A stretch of 63,898 nt of DNA, the filler included, from Intoshia linei (Eukaryota; Animalia; Orthonectida): NCBI GenBank assembly GCA_001642005.1. It is 8 parts of 8 records of this genome, joined end to end, with 100 filler letters (N's around TTAATTAATTAA, not from the genome) between each part and the next. Parts side by side here need not be neighbours in the genome. Positions count along the whole stretch, not along the records: positions 10,273 to 34,593 come from LWCA01000533.1; 7 more parts are not named here. The stretch is one strand, 5' to 3'. The notes beneath the pieces are model-generated. The model did not search any database. It saw only the letters and a list, made by a program, of their open reading frames with translations, and was not told the DNA's origin. Position 1 is the stretch's first letter, and each line of letters starts with the position of its first letter. The position numbers were made by a program, and so were the translations under genes. Shown one piece after another: positions 12,682 to 25,600 of the stretch.

Positions 12682-12822
12682 TGTAAGTTATGTAAAGTAA
12701 AATGGTTTAAAATGTATGTTTGCTCATTTGTTTATTTATTTGTTCCAGTTTATTTAATACTCCATTAAATTTTATAATATATTATATATATCATAATCTA
12801 TTCCATAATAATTTCATATTCT

Positions 12823-13060
12823 TACTAGTTTGACTGTTATGTACTACGTACAAATAACATTTAGCTCGGCCGAGGCCACATTTTTATTATACCAAAAAAA
12901 ATAAATTCACTTTGAAAATTTAACTTAAAAATCCTACTATTCACTATTATTAATCCTTTAAAGGAGTTGTTCCCAAATTTGTTTCAGGTGGAACCATCAT
13001 ATCACATTACTTTGTACTTTAAAGTGAATTATTCTATCTTAATTTTTTGTTTGTTAGATT
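12823..13060 (-). mobile_element. Helitron 3'-end fragment
   Basis: Reverse complement ends TGTACGTAGTACATAACAGTCAAACTAG|T and matches 4850-5143. Confidence 0.75.
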
Positions 13061-13229
13061 TGCGTAAAAAATTTTAAAAACAATTGTTATCCATTTCAAA
13101 AATCCCACTACTAATAAAATTTACCATTTCAAGCTCTCATGGAAATTTAATTTTTAATTTCGCGGTTCTCGACTTTTGTCATTTCCCGGGAAATCACAAT
13201 AACTAGTACTTATAAACGAGAAACTACTG

Positions 13230-14014
13230 TATTTTTAAACTGTCATTTGAATTCATCAATTTGATTAGATCAACATCAGCAGACTCTCCATGTAAAGTTA
13301 CATATTCAATATTTGCTTATTTAATATACTTCCTCACGAAATAATTTGTTTTTGGAAGCGTAATGTTATTTTGAAGATTATAATTTTCGATAAGTGTGTG
13401 AATCATAGAAAATGATATTTTTCAGTTAAAATTTCTAAGGTGCTCGATTTTGGTTTTTAAATAATAATTCATGTCAGCATATTTGTGTTCAATGTTTACC
13501 ATTGTTTTTTTGATGCTATGCCATGCCATGCTGATATGAATCATTTAATGATAATAATTTATTACTATTTTTGATAGTGCCTTTAGCTTGGTTTACAGTG
13601 ATATTAAATACTGTAGCTATTTCATGAGGTCCATAATTTTTATCTCTCGATTCAACCGCTATTTTTTTTCTCTCTAATGTTAAATCTTTTGACCTTTTAA
13701 ATTGTGACATAAATTTTATGATAAAAGTGTGCTTTATTTTTAATGTTTTCGAGATTTTTTAAGGATAATGTATATGAAAAATAGAACTCGTAATAAATGC
13801 TGTGGTTTAAAACGAAGATGTGCTTTATTTTTAACCCTTCAAATTTGAGAATTCACATTTATATAAGAAATAGAGTACCGGCAAAATAAGAAATGTATCT
13901 ATTTAGTATTTAATGTTTAATGAAATTAATATTTTTTTCCTATTAAATGTACCAAAAACAAAAAAATGTGTTTTAAATTTTTCAGGAATGTGTGCTTTAA
14001 ATCGACAACCACTG
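13230..14014 (-). mobile_element. pogo/Tigger-type DNA transposon relic (5' part, transposase pseudogene)
   Basis: HTH-psq-like ORF 13516-13710 (LTLERKKIAV...EIATVFNI), downstream LHGESADVD motif after stops; TA|CAGTGGTTGTCGATTTAAAGCACAC terminus at 14014; repeated TGTGCTTTA subterminal boxes. Confidence 0.7.
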
Positions 14015-14300
14015 TATACGTGTTATTGTCTCGTAAGGGTTAACATTTCCATAATAAAATGCTATTGATTGCAAACATAACCTTATTGCTGAAAACTTAT
14101 ATATATATGGCAACTCTGGGTTGGATTAGAATCCATGATACATAAAACAATTCTTGATCCTTATTTCACAAATAAAAAAATTTATGATTCGCATATGATA
14201 TACAAAAAAACAAATATTATGATTATCAATGTTGCTTATGAATACTCGCATATTTACATAAAGATACTTAATTATTAATACATATACATATTTTTATAGT

Positions 14301-15578
14301 ATGATTATAATCCTAGGATGGATATTTCTCATATCGATCATTCCAAAAAATGTCAAAACTGTAACGCCAACACGAGCATCACTAACACAAATTGATTCCA
14401 ATCTACAAGAAACGAATATAATGTATATATTTATATCAGTTTCAATTATATACATTGCAATCAACGTTATTACGATTGGAGTACTTCAATTTCACCCAAA
14501 AATAAACAAAAAACTAAAGGCGAAATATAGAGTATTAATTGAATCATCAACGTTAATATTTACAAGCATAATATATTATGGAAGTGTATTTCGATATATT
14601 GAGAACCTACTGAGTCGTCGTTATATTTCGATCACAATATACACAATTTTCACAATAGTTTACTATGGTTTATTGTTTTCAGTCGTTTATTTTACAGAAA
14701 TACATAAATCTCCCAACTTGCAACGCCTTTCTAAATCAAATACATCGATGTTTCAGGCTGTTCTACTGGTTACATTGTCTATCGGATACGACTTACCATA
14801 TTTTTTAATAAATACTGACAAATTACTACAACAAACACCACTCATCAAAGCACCAATCGATAAATTTAATAATATGTATAATATTATCAAAGAAGAAGTA
14901 AATTTTATTGAAGAAAGTATCGTTCATGCTAGATCTCTCATCTACTTTATTATTGATTTAATCAAAAATAATTGGCTATTGAAAAATTTTAACATTAACC
15001 CTAAACCTATATACGATTTCATTGACATTCTAAACAAAATGAATAATATCATATTAGAATACGAGAATATAATCCATATAATTGATATATCAATGTATCA
15101 ATACATACCAATAGTTTTAATCATAACTAATGTACTCAAGAAAACAGTATATTTCATTATATATATAGTTTTGATATCTTCTGTAACGAGTCAAATTTCA
15201 AATATTGTTCCAAACAATTATATTATTGCAACAAAAATGTCACTGCACATTGTTTTATTCGTGATGGTACACATTGGTGGTTATTTCATAATTTTTACAG
15301 AAAGTATCAAAAATATAATTGTATACTTAACATATAATGGCATTTCATACTTATTATATGTCATTGTATATGAAAAAAGAAACGACAAAAAATTTTTAGG
15401 CTACGTATTTAAAAAAATTAAACCCTTCTATCTCATAACGATCATGGTTACTATAGATATCATAATTAGTTTAATAACAAATGTTGCTGATTTTGGCGGT
15501 ACAGAATATGTTATGAATACAAGAGCTAATTTTATTATTCTTCTCAAAACATATGCCATTTTACAAACTTTTAAATAA
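14301..15578 (+). CDS. Intronless orphan multi-pass membrane protein (signal-like N-terminus plus about 8 hydrophobic segments), 425 aa
   Basis: Uninterrupted 425-aa ORF in AT-rich DNA, a clear paralog at 12139-12681, AATAAA downstream. Confidence 0.8.
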   Translation: MIIILGWIFLISIIPKNVKTVTPTRASLTQIDSNLQETNIMYIFISVSIIYIAINVITIGVLQFHPKINKKLKAKYRVLIESSTLIFTSIIYYGSVFRYIENLLSRRYISITIYTIFTIVYYGLLFSVVYFTEIHKSPNLQRLSKSNTSMFQAVLLVTLSIGYDLPYFLINTDKLLQQTPLIKAPIDKFNNMYNIIKEEVNFIEESIVHARSLIYFIIDLIKNNWLLKNFNINPKPIYDFIDILNKMNNIILEYENIIHIIDISMYQYIPIVLIITNVLKKTVYFIIYIVLISSVTSQISNIVPNNYIIATKMSLHIVLFVMVHIGGYFIIFTESIKNIIVYLTYNGISYLLYVIVYEKRNDKKFLGYVFKKIKPFYLITIMVTIDIIISLITNVADFGGTEYVMNTRANFIILLKTYAILQTFK

Positions 15579-15844
15579 CATTTCAAGAATAAAGAAACAA
15601 TAGACATCTATTGAGAATTCTAATATGTTCAATTAATAAATATTTAAACAAGATACAAACGAATATCAATAAACACATATTGTAATAATAACTATGGAAT
15701 CATGTATGCAATGTGTAGATTTAAATGTAAAAGTGAAAAAGCTTTGTTCACACAATTTCTTTACTAGGTGTTTCAATCTCTTTCACGTTATCAACATCCA
15801 TTGTGACTTAAATTTTATCATCACTGATGTTGCCTGCTGCTTCT

Positions 15845-16090
15845 TCAACTATTTTTTCTAATTATTCTCTCTACAAGTAGTCTACATCTTTCTTCTGTTT
15901 TAGTTTGCACTTGTACACTATACCATCTCACTATCAATATGATAATAATCACAAGCAATGTGATAATAGCAATTATCAATGTGATCATTGCTATATTCAA
16001 AGTAATAATCAAATTATTAAGGATTTCTGGTATATTTTGACCAACAATTAAATTGTAATTAACGGGAAACGTAATATGGTTGAATCGCAC
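15845..16090 (-). CDS. Small single-pass membrane ORF or pseudogene built from a 21-nt repeat
   Basis: IITLNIA-MITLIIA-IITLLVI-IIILIVR encoded by four 21-nt units (15926-16009); non-ATG start; an acidic tail continues in another frame with stops. Confidence 0.4.
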   Translation of the reverse strand: MRFNHITFPVNYNLIVGQNIPEILNNLIITLNIAMITLIIAIITLLVIIIILIVRWYSVQVQTKTEERCRLLVERIIRKNS

Positions 16091-16601
16091 TACATACTTT
16101 ATATATATGTATAATATATTTTTTTTACGTTTAAGGTATATTTAAGAAAAATATTCGAATTTTCTGAGTTTAGATTCTTAAAAATATCCGTGTTATTTGA
16201 AAGTTCATGTAACCATAATATTGTTTGAAAATAAAAATATAAATTAATTTTGAAAATCATATTTACATTCAAAGTAAGAATAGTCAGTCAATGTAAAAAT
16301 AGCTATTGTCAATGTAGGAATAATTAGCAACAGTGATAGTAATTAAAATTAATGTAAGAATAATTACATCCAAAATGAGAGGAAAAATTTATTTAAACAT
16401 GTATTATTAATGTTTTTTTATAATTAAATGCATATATATGTTAATTAACATATTATATTAATTACATTTAAAAAAACGCTTTAACGTTATATTCATCGTT
16501 ATTAACGTCCTTGCATAATCATCAAACAAAAATTTAAAACATTTTAAAAACAGAAATAAACAATATATTATTTAATAATTTTATAACTACAAATTGAGTG
16601 G

Positions 16602-19600
16602 TTAAGCGATACCAAAACCGGCGCATTCGGTGATTGCTTTAATTACATACTCTTTTAGTTTATCGAAAGTTTCATATTCAGGTAAGTCAAGTTGGTTAAA
16701 ACTATAATATAATCAATTAAACGTAAATCACAATAAACCACGAGTTTCCAAATCTAATAAATCAATGAAAATTATTATAACTTATAAAGTCAACGAAAAT
16801 TGAAATTTCATTATGAATTTTTCGTAGATGAATTTTCATCATAAATACCTAGAAATTGACAACAAATAAGACTATAGAAACTCGTATATAGATTATCATT
16901 ATCAAATTATTATTAAATTACCAGGTGTGAGCAACAGGTAATCTGTTTTTAGAGCGATTATCACGGTTGATTCGAAAACATTGTTTGCCGTTCATTCCTT
17001 CCAGATGAGCAAACCCGTGAAGTGGAACTCTGGAAGTTCCGGTTACAAATTGGAGAAATTTGGCCAGATAAGAAGCATCGAACGATCGAAGTGCTTCCCA
17101 AAACCATATAATTTGAATTGACTCTTCAGTGTAGTGAATATATTGTGTATTGTTTTGTAAATCTTTCAAGTCAATTTTAGGGCATCCAGAAATAAGTAAT
17201 TCAATTTCTTGTTCATTGAAAATTGAAATATGTTCCACAGGTATGATATCAAAAAATCCTAATAAAAATGCACCTAATTGATGTCGAATTGAACCAATCA
17301 TTCTCTCTCGACATATTAATTCAATATATTCGCGTTTATTTTCCTCAGTTACAAGAATATTTGCTCCGTTTTCTTTTAAATTTACAGATTTCATAACACC
17401 AAACTCTTCAGTCTAAAAAAATAATAGTTTAATTGTTTCAATAAGTTTCAATGTACCTCCGTCACAAAATATAAATCATCGCCCAGCTCGTTAATGTTAT
17501 TTTGCAATACATATACCAAACTGTTGTAAAAATCGTTGTCCTCTGTTTCAAAGTCTGTATATCTAAACACCGTTTATGTCCTTAAAATGGGTAAATTATA
17601 TAAGAATATAAATTAATTAAAATTAATATAAATTAAAATGCACATTACATCAAAACATCACAATTGGATCAGACAGTAAAAGATTAAAACTTAATCAAAT
17701 GCAACTGCAACTCAATTAACTTTAAATTTAATTAAAATAACTAAGTTTAAATATATCCCATTATTATCAAGCGCAAAATTTTCGCCAACATCGTTAATGA
17801 AAGAACCGAATATACAAAAATAAATAAAAATTACTTGATTGGTAAACTGAGAATATGTTTATAAAAGGATCTTGTAAAGTAGCAAGCCAGCAACTGTCTA
17901 TCTGATACAGCTTTAGCAATTAACCGACCAACAAAAGTATAATAAGATAAATGACTGTGATTATAGTGAGATAAAGGATTTATAGTATAGGTAACTCTGT
18001 CACCAGGTGTAACACGGAACAAAGCATAATTCGGGTTAAATATTTCTTTAGCCAATATATCGTACCATTCCCTAAGTAACCCTCCAGCATCCTGCCCTTC
18101 TTCGTCCTTAAAAGAGATGCAAAACTTTTTACGCCAATCTGCTGTAGATTTTCCATTTAAATGCCTATAAGAATCTTCAAAAACATACTCTCTTCTGACA
18201 CGTATATGATATGTATCTATGTATTCATCATCAACATCATCAAAATCACGCAATTTATTAAAAAAATGATCAACCTTGATATCAAAATCCAAAAGTCTTG
18301 GGTAATAAGTCAAAACTCTAAAAGGACCACTACTAATGGGTATTTCATTACATCGTTGCCTTAAAATGTTATTTAAAACATCTCTATGTGAATCCGCAAA
18401 TGCTATAAATTTATCAGTATCACTTGTATGCTCCATGTAACCATGAAGTGGTGTAGGTGAATTTGTAATTGATTCATCCAGTTGATCAGTCGTTACCTTG
18501 TATTGAACAGTTTCTTGTAATATTTGAGCAATTTGGTCAGAACGATGCTTAGAGTCTGTTTCATCTCTTTTAGAAATTTCTTCGCTACGGTTTTTTGCAG
18601 ATGTTTGGCCATGTACCAAAAAAAATGATTCGAGTAAAGGTTCCAAAATTTGAGCGACACCGTTATATTCCAAATGTTGAAAGCAAGTTAAGCATTTGCC
18701 TAAATATATCCATACCTCATTAATATTCAATTTCACAGATAACTCAATAGGACTATTATTTATACAATCTAAAATTCTCGGATTAATAAGTGGGTTTAAA
18801 TTAATAAAGGAAGTCACGTTCGCATAAGATTCGTTTGCAACAATTTTCAACGCTGCTTTGAAATCATCATTCGCTTGAATCAAATCATCAATAGTATACG
18901 TTTTTTTAATTGTATAGAAAACAAGGTTTAATTCATTAATATCAACCAAAACAGAAATTAACCTCAAAAAAAGCCCTTGATTGGCAAAATTTTTGGTGAA
19001 TAAATTGATACTATTAATTTTGTTAGACAAAACATTAACCTGTTTCTTAAACAACTTTTTTTTGGAGGATGAAAAGAGTCTTAACAATTTTTCCATATTT
19101 TCACTTTTGGTTGGGGCGATAGGTCGTTTCTTGGATATTTCAGAACTTGTATGACTTTGCTCATTTTTAATATGGGAGTCTGCTTCACTGTACAATATTT
19201 GCAATTCAGAAGTTACCCGAGAGGCTAAAATGGAAATTTCCTTAGACAGTGTTTTAATTATTATAGTTCTACATCCCTCAATTTCTGCTAATGCTTTGAA
19301 AATATCACGTACTGAATTAAACACAGTATCAGATTCAATTTTCAAAATTAGCAGAGAAGCGATCTCTTGAATGTATATTTCGTTTATTGGTGAAGGTTCA
19401 ATGTTAATCGGATATTCTGACGATAGACTGAACACAGTCTCAGGTATGTTTAACAAGTTCAATGAAAGTAAATATAAACTGGAAGTAAGATTGTCCATAC
19501 ATGGAAGTTTGTCTTTATCGGAAAATTTGATTGCCACTTGATGTGTATGTAAGGTAGAATTGATGAAAACACTATTTATGCCAACGTTTACAGTTTCGTC

Positions 19601-22600
19601 AAAATATTTATTCAGATGATGCATAAATGCTTTGTTTTTAATAATATTTATAAAAGTGCGCCGACTTGATATATAATAATCGATATAACACGCTAAACTT
19701 AATCGATCAGATATCAACGTTACATATTTTTTGGTACAAGTAGCAATGTGAACAATTGTACGTTCTAATATATCTTGATCTTGCGTAACAAGTTTAAATC
19801 CAAGTAATTTGACTAATTGTTCAAAAAAAGACCCTTTAAATGTAAACGACACAGTCTGATGACTTTTTCGACAAGTTTTATCCACATTTTTGTAATTCTT
19901 ATTAAAATTCGCAAAGTCTGCTGAATTTGTTATCATATCCAACTGAATCCACAAAGGCCAAATGTCACACATTGTTGTTTTTTCACCATTCAACGTACAC
20001 GACTCAAGTTGTAAATTTTTATATTTCATTATACCAATATTTTCACTAAACGGAAAATAAGGCAAAATATCGTCATTATAATAAATTGTAACTTCAGACA
20101 AAATATTTAATAAACTTCTCAATATGGCTTTAGAATTTTTATCAGTAATAACCAAACTTTTGGAATAAACAATAACCTCCTTTTCTAACAATTTCAAATC
20201 GGAATCAAAAATTTCTTGATCGAATTTATCGAAAAGTCCAATAGGGTATGTTGAATCACTTTGAACTTGAATATTTAACCAATTTAAATAATTTTGAATT
20301 AAGTTGATGTCATCAGATTCTCTACTTAACAAAGAATGCAGACATTTATCAATCAGATTTGAAAAACATCGTAATATCCAATATCTTGTTTTTTCATTAT
20401 ATAATAACTCTTTCATAATATTATAATAAGCATTTGAATGCAGCTTAAATTTATCGTTCAAGAAAACTATAAAGAATGACGCCAAACTGACATGATTTAA
20501 AGCTGGCGGAGGGTGACTTTTTGTGTAGTTTGAAGGAACATTTAAATCACTAGTTTTCCTATGTGGTCCAATTTCATAATTTGAGGTATTTACATATAAT
20601 GGAAATTTTAAGTTAAAACGTAAACACGAATGTTCTTCGTTAAAACCATTCACTTTGAAAACTTTACTTTTTAATTTACACATTTCAAATGAATATTTTG
20701 ATCGTTTAAGAAATGCATCGATATTGGCCAAGTCGTCATTGTGAAAATTTTTAAAGAAACTTAAAAACAGTGAATAATTCATACTTAATGATCCTGCTAA
20801 ACTTTTCAACATTTTTGCATTGTCATCACTTAAAGAAATTTTAATGTCTTCGTTTACGCGTTTGCGTATTTCAACCATTTCTTTATATAATTCGTTCGAT
20901 AAATAAGGGATCAGAGTATCGTCTAGGTCTAGTAAAAGGGAATTACGCAAATTAGGTGCCAGTGTTGCTAGAAAAGCTACAGGATTAATATCAGTTCGTG
21001 ATTCTGTTTCTATATTAGTTTCAGTTCCAGTTTGAAAGATGGATGTTGCAGCTTCCACCGGAGAAGCGGGTTTATCTGTTGGTTCTGGATCACTTGATTC
21101 TACAGCATTGTGATATTGCATAGGACTAACATGAGGTAATTCACTTTCTGAAACTATGGTAAAATTTTCAGTCAAAAGTTCTTGTTGAAGATTTGGAGGT
21201 AATGCTGACATAAACTCTGAACCGACAATTCTGTTGGCAACTTGTCTGTCTCTCATTCTACTAGCATGCATATGGACATTTAACATTTCACCATGTTGTC
21301 TAATTACTTCATCCCTTAAATTTTCAGGTAGTGCCTCTAAAAACGTGGGATCAATATCATCTACGACATCAGCAGACGGTGGATCATTGGATTCTTGTAC
21401 AGGTACAGATTCTTCTTGTTCTTCTTCGTCTTCCTCATATTCATCTTCTTCAACTTCAATATTTTCAGGCACATCCAATGGCAAATTATTCATATTTTCA
21501 ATTAATCTAGCGTCATCAGTACAACTAGGTGCAAACAATGGTCGCACTTCGCCACCCATATAATCCAAAGAAGCAGAATTTACAGGTAAACTTGATGTTA
21601 ATGTAAATTCACTGTCTCTACTTCGCTGATTAGCCTGTCTATCCATAAATAACCTATTTCTATTGTTTACATGTCTCTGCAATATTAAATTACTAACTGG
21701 TAAATGAGGGGCAGATAATAAACCGACAGATGGTGTATCATTATTAGATACTTGCATTAGCATAAGGTCGTTCATTTGTTCATCATTTGTAAGTAGATAT
21801 GGTGCCAAAGGCAAATTTCTCTGTCTTTGTCTTCTATATCCCCGCCTATTAAATTGCATTCTAGTTGAACCCGTCTGTGAATCCCATCGTTTAGTTATAT
21901 TCTTGATACTAAATAATGTGCTATCCTCTTTTTCCAAATCTTTTTTGGTATCAAAAACAATTTTTGCAGGGTACATCTGTTGGTTTGCATCATTTTCATG
22001 GAATTTCCGACAAGCAAAAGGTAAATCAACAGATTTTTTATTAGAATCGCTACATAGTTCCAAATTATCTTCCAAAAATTTAGTAGCATGAGCTTTTCTG
22101 AGAATAAGTGATACTTCTCTATTCCTATTTTTAACCAAGTGAGTAGAAAGAACTGACGTAATATAAGGCAACCACTCATAAACTGTATTGTTGTCCAACA
22201 ATAAAAACTCTTCACACCATCTACTATACAAATAACGTTTAAGGGATTTTGCTGTAATTTTATCAATTGAAGAAGCAGGAATCATAATCGAAGAAGGTTG
22301 AATGGACATGAAATAATTGTGTCTAGCTTTATCAAACGAAACGAGATTCTGCAGAGGGGTGACATTAATATTATTAATAACTGAATACATTATACGTGAA
22401 GTACCTAAATCTTGTTTTCCAACGGTAACATTAAGCGCCTTACACCAAATATCATACAAGAGAGAATGTGTATATTGTGAACATCCATTATCAATTACTT
22501 GAGTCAAACCATTAGCATAAGGAAACAGAACATCGGATAAATCTGGATGTTTTAAAAAGGCTGCTGCAGCGATATTAGAAGGTAAGTCCATATACCTATG

Positions 22601-25600
22601 CGTAAACATTAAATTAAAAAGCTTTCTATCACTACCGGTAGCTCCTACAAAGTTAGCAATTGATCGTTGATTATTATTTCCGCCTATCGCTATATCACCT
22701 CTATTTATATTAGCATATGGTGGAAAAATCCGATTTGTAACTATATTCAGCTGATCTTCAAGTTGATCATTAGATACTTCATTAGTATTGAGATTACCAA
22801 TTTGAGACGTGAACTGACTAATTCGATTTTCTAATTCAGTTATTGAAATATTATCATTGATTTCCAAAATTCTAGACATATTAATTACATTTTCACGTGG
22901 ACTAATTGTCATATTTTGATTAATATTATGAATATATGATATAGTATTTTCGCTTTCTTGAGAAGATTCCGAACGTGTGTTTATTGTAACATAATCATTT
23001 TCTGATTGATTTTCTCCTTCGTCAGCATCGTCTTCAGTTAATTCCCAATCACTATCTTCATCATCAAAAGTAAATCTCTCTTCGTCATATGCCATTTCGG
23101 AATCTTCCGAATTAAGAGTAACCGATGACCCTGAATCTGAATGGGACTGTGATTCAATTAAATAATCATGACTATCAGAAGAAAAGGTATCATTATCCTG
23201 GTCCTGATTAGATGAATTAACATTAGACTGCTGTATATTATTTTCATAATCACTTTGATCACAATCACTACCGTGTGAATCATGCTGTCGGTCAACAACA
23301 TCATATGCATCTTCACTATCATCCATTTCAAGAGTATTATAATCATCACCTGAAGACGTCACATCTCCTTCTTCAATATTAATCTCTACATCAATTTCAT
23401 TGTCAGTATAAATACAATCTTCATCCATCTCATCGGACCATTCGACATACGGATCTGACTTGGCCATGTTTCCCTTCATTAAGTCATCCTCATTATAATG
23501 TTTCATTTCAATATCATTTGAACTAATGTTAGGTTTAGGGTTAAAAAAAGTATTAGATTTTTTCTTTTTTATTGTAGAAGCATTTTTAATTACCTTGCTT
23601 ACACAATTTTTAGTTAGTTGAGGAAATTTTAAGGTTAATTTAAAAATAGGTTTACTTTCTTTTATAGTATTAGCTCTTACTACATCAATATTTTTAAAAA
23701 TGAAACTGTAGGTTTCATCAATAGAATGAGGTACTAACGGAACATTATTTGAAGATTCATTTAATTGCTCATTATACTTGAATATATCATTAATTAATTG
23801 GATTCTGTCATTCTCAAACTTTTCAACATCGATTCTAGTTTTACTAATAGTGTGGAAATTAAAGGAATGCAAATAACTGATAACACACTGTAGTGTAGAA
23901 GAAATATCAATCATAGTGTCAGCAAAATGTGAAGATGATAGATTAAATTGTAGCGGAATTTTAGCAATATCATTAGCCATTTTTCTAAAACTATAAAAAA
24001 TGGACATGTTATTAGACAAATGACTTGGACAAACATCGCCACATGACGTATTCTTCCAGCATCTATCATCTGAAGGACCATTCCGAATTGTGCGCATTAT
24101 AACTGAAAGAGGATCAAGTACATTACGTACCTGTTTATGTTTTTCAATAGAATCCGGAGTCACTAGAATATTGTGTAAAGCGCTAGATATTTCTGACAAA
24201 ACAATTTTGGTAGCTTCACATTCAGTTTCAATACTAATCCATGATGATGTTCCAAGGATAGAAATTAAATTTTTAGATGTATATACAATTTCACTAGAAA
24301 TTACATCAGTTTCAATTATTGAAATCATTTCAGTAAGTAAAGTACGTAAAAACAAACAAGGTTCAGAAACATTATGCCATTTTGGGTAGTAAACATGATG
24401 TAAAATTTCATAAACTATACAAGAATATGATCTTGACATGTTTGTCAAAAAGATAAAAATACAACCAGTAGAAATTATAAATTCCCGATGTTTACATTGT
24501 GAGTCACTCGGTGAAAAAGGAACAGGATAACTCTTTTTAGTTTTAAGTATATATTGATTTAAATAATGGCAAACGAATACATGGTATTCAAATCTATAGT
24601 AGACGTAATAATTAGTAAGCGATATGAAACTATTTAGAAGATCTTTAAGAACTAATTTTCCATATTTATCTAATTTTCTATTTTTTGGATGAGGTACAAA
24701 TTCTTTAACGTATGTAACATGAAATTTATCAGGATCAAGTAGTTTCGTTAAAGCGTCTGGACTCCAATCAGTACCAATCGGTATTTTTAATCTTTCAGAC
24801 AGATACTTTAATATAACGTGAGGGGCACGTGCGATAGCTGGAGCCATTTCTCTTAACCTGTCATGAATCATTCTACAATCTACTCTAACATCATCCAGAG
24901 AAGCTAAAAATTTTTGATCAATTGCATCATAAATAACATCATCGCTCTCTAAAGCATTACATAAAATACTTATAATCAATTCCTGAACTCCAGCGAATCT
25001 AGCATTTGAAGGTATATGTAAAATAATTTTATATAATCCCATTTCATAAAAATCTTTAATAAACATTCGATTTCTAGTAAGTCTTGCAATCAACAGCAAA
25101 ATGGAATGCAATAAAACAGGAGTAATATTTGGTGACAGTATAAAATTCAGCATAGAACGTAACAAAATAACAATATTTGACTTTTCATAAAAAATGCCAG
25201 AAATATAATCATCACTTTTTATAGGTTTTTGTATATTTTTAATCTCTTCAATACAATCATTCATATTCCAATTATCCTCATATCTATGACAAACAACATT
25301 CTTACTAGTCTGTGCATCGAAATGTATAATATTTCGCAGAAAAACTTCATCATTATGAACAAATGCAATCTTGTATGAATATTTATAATTAGGACCCTGA
25401 TGAAAAACAATCATTGTTTTAAAATTTATAATATATGTAACGTCGTTATATCGAACATCGCAAATAATATCGCCTCTAGCATAGTGTTTGTTAATTATAC
25501 AATTTAAAAAAGATCTAAGAGGAAACCAACCCGTTACTCCATTCCTATCATCATATTGATACCAACGTCCCATAATATTATTTTGCCGCATTTTAAAAAG

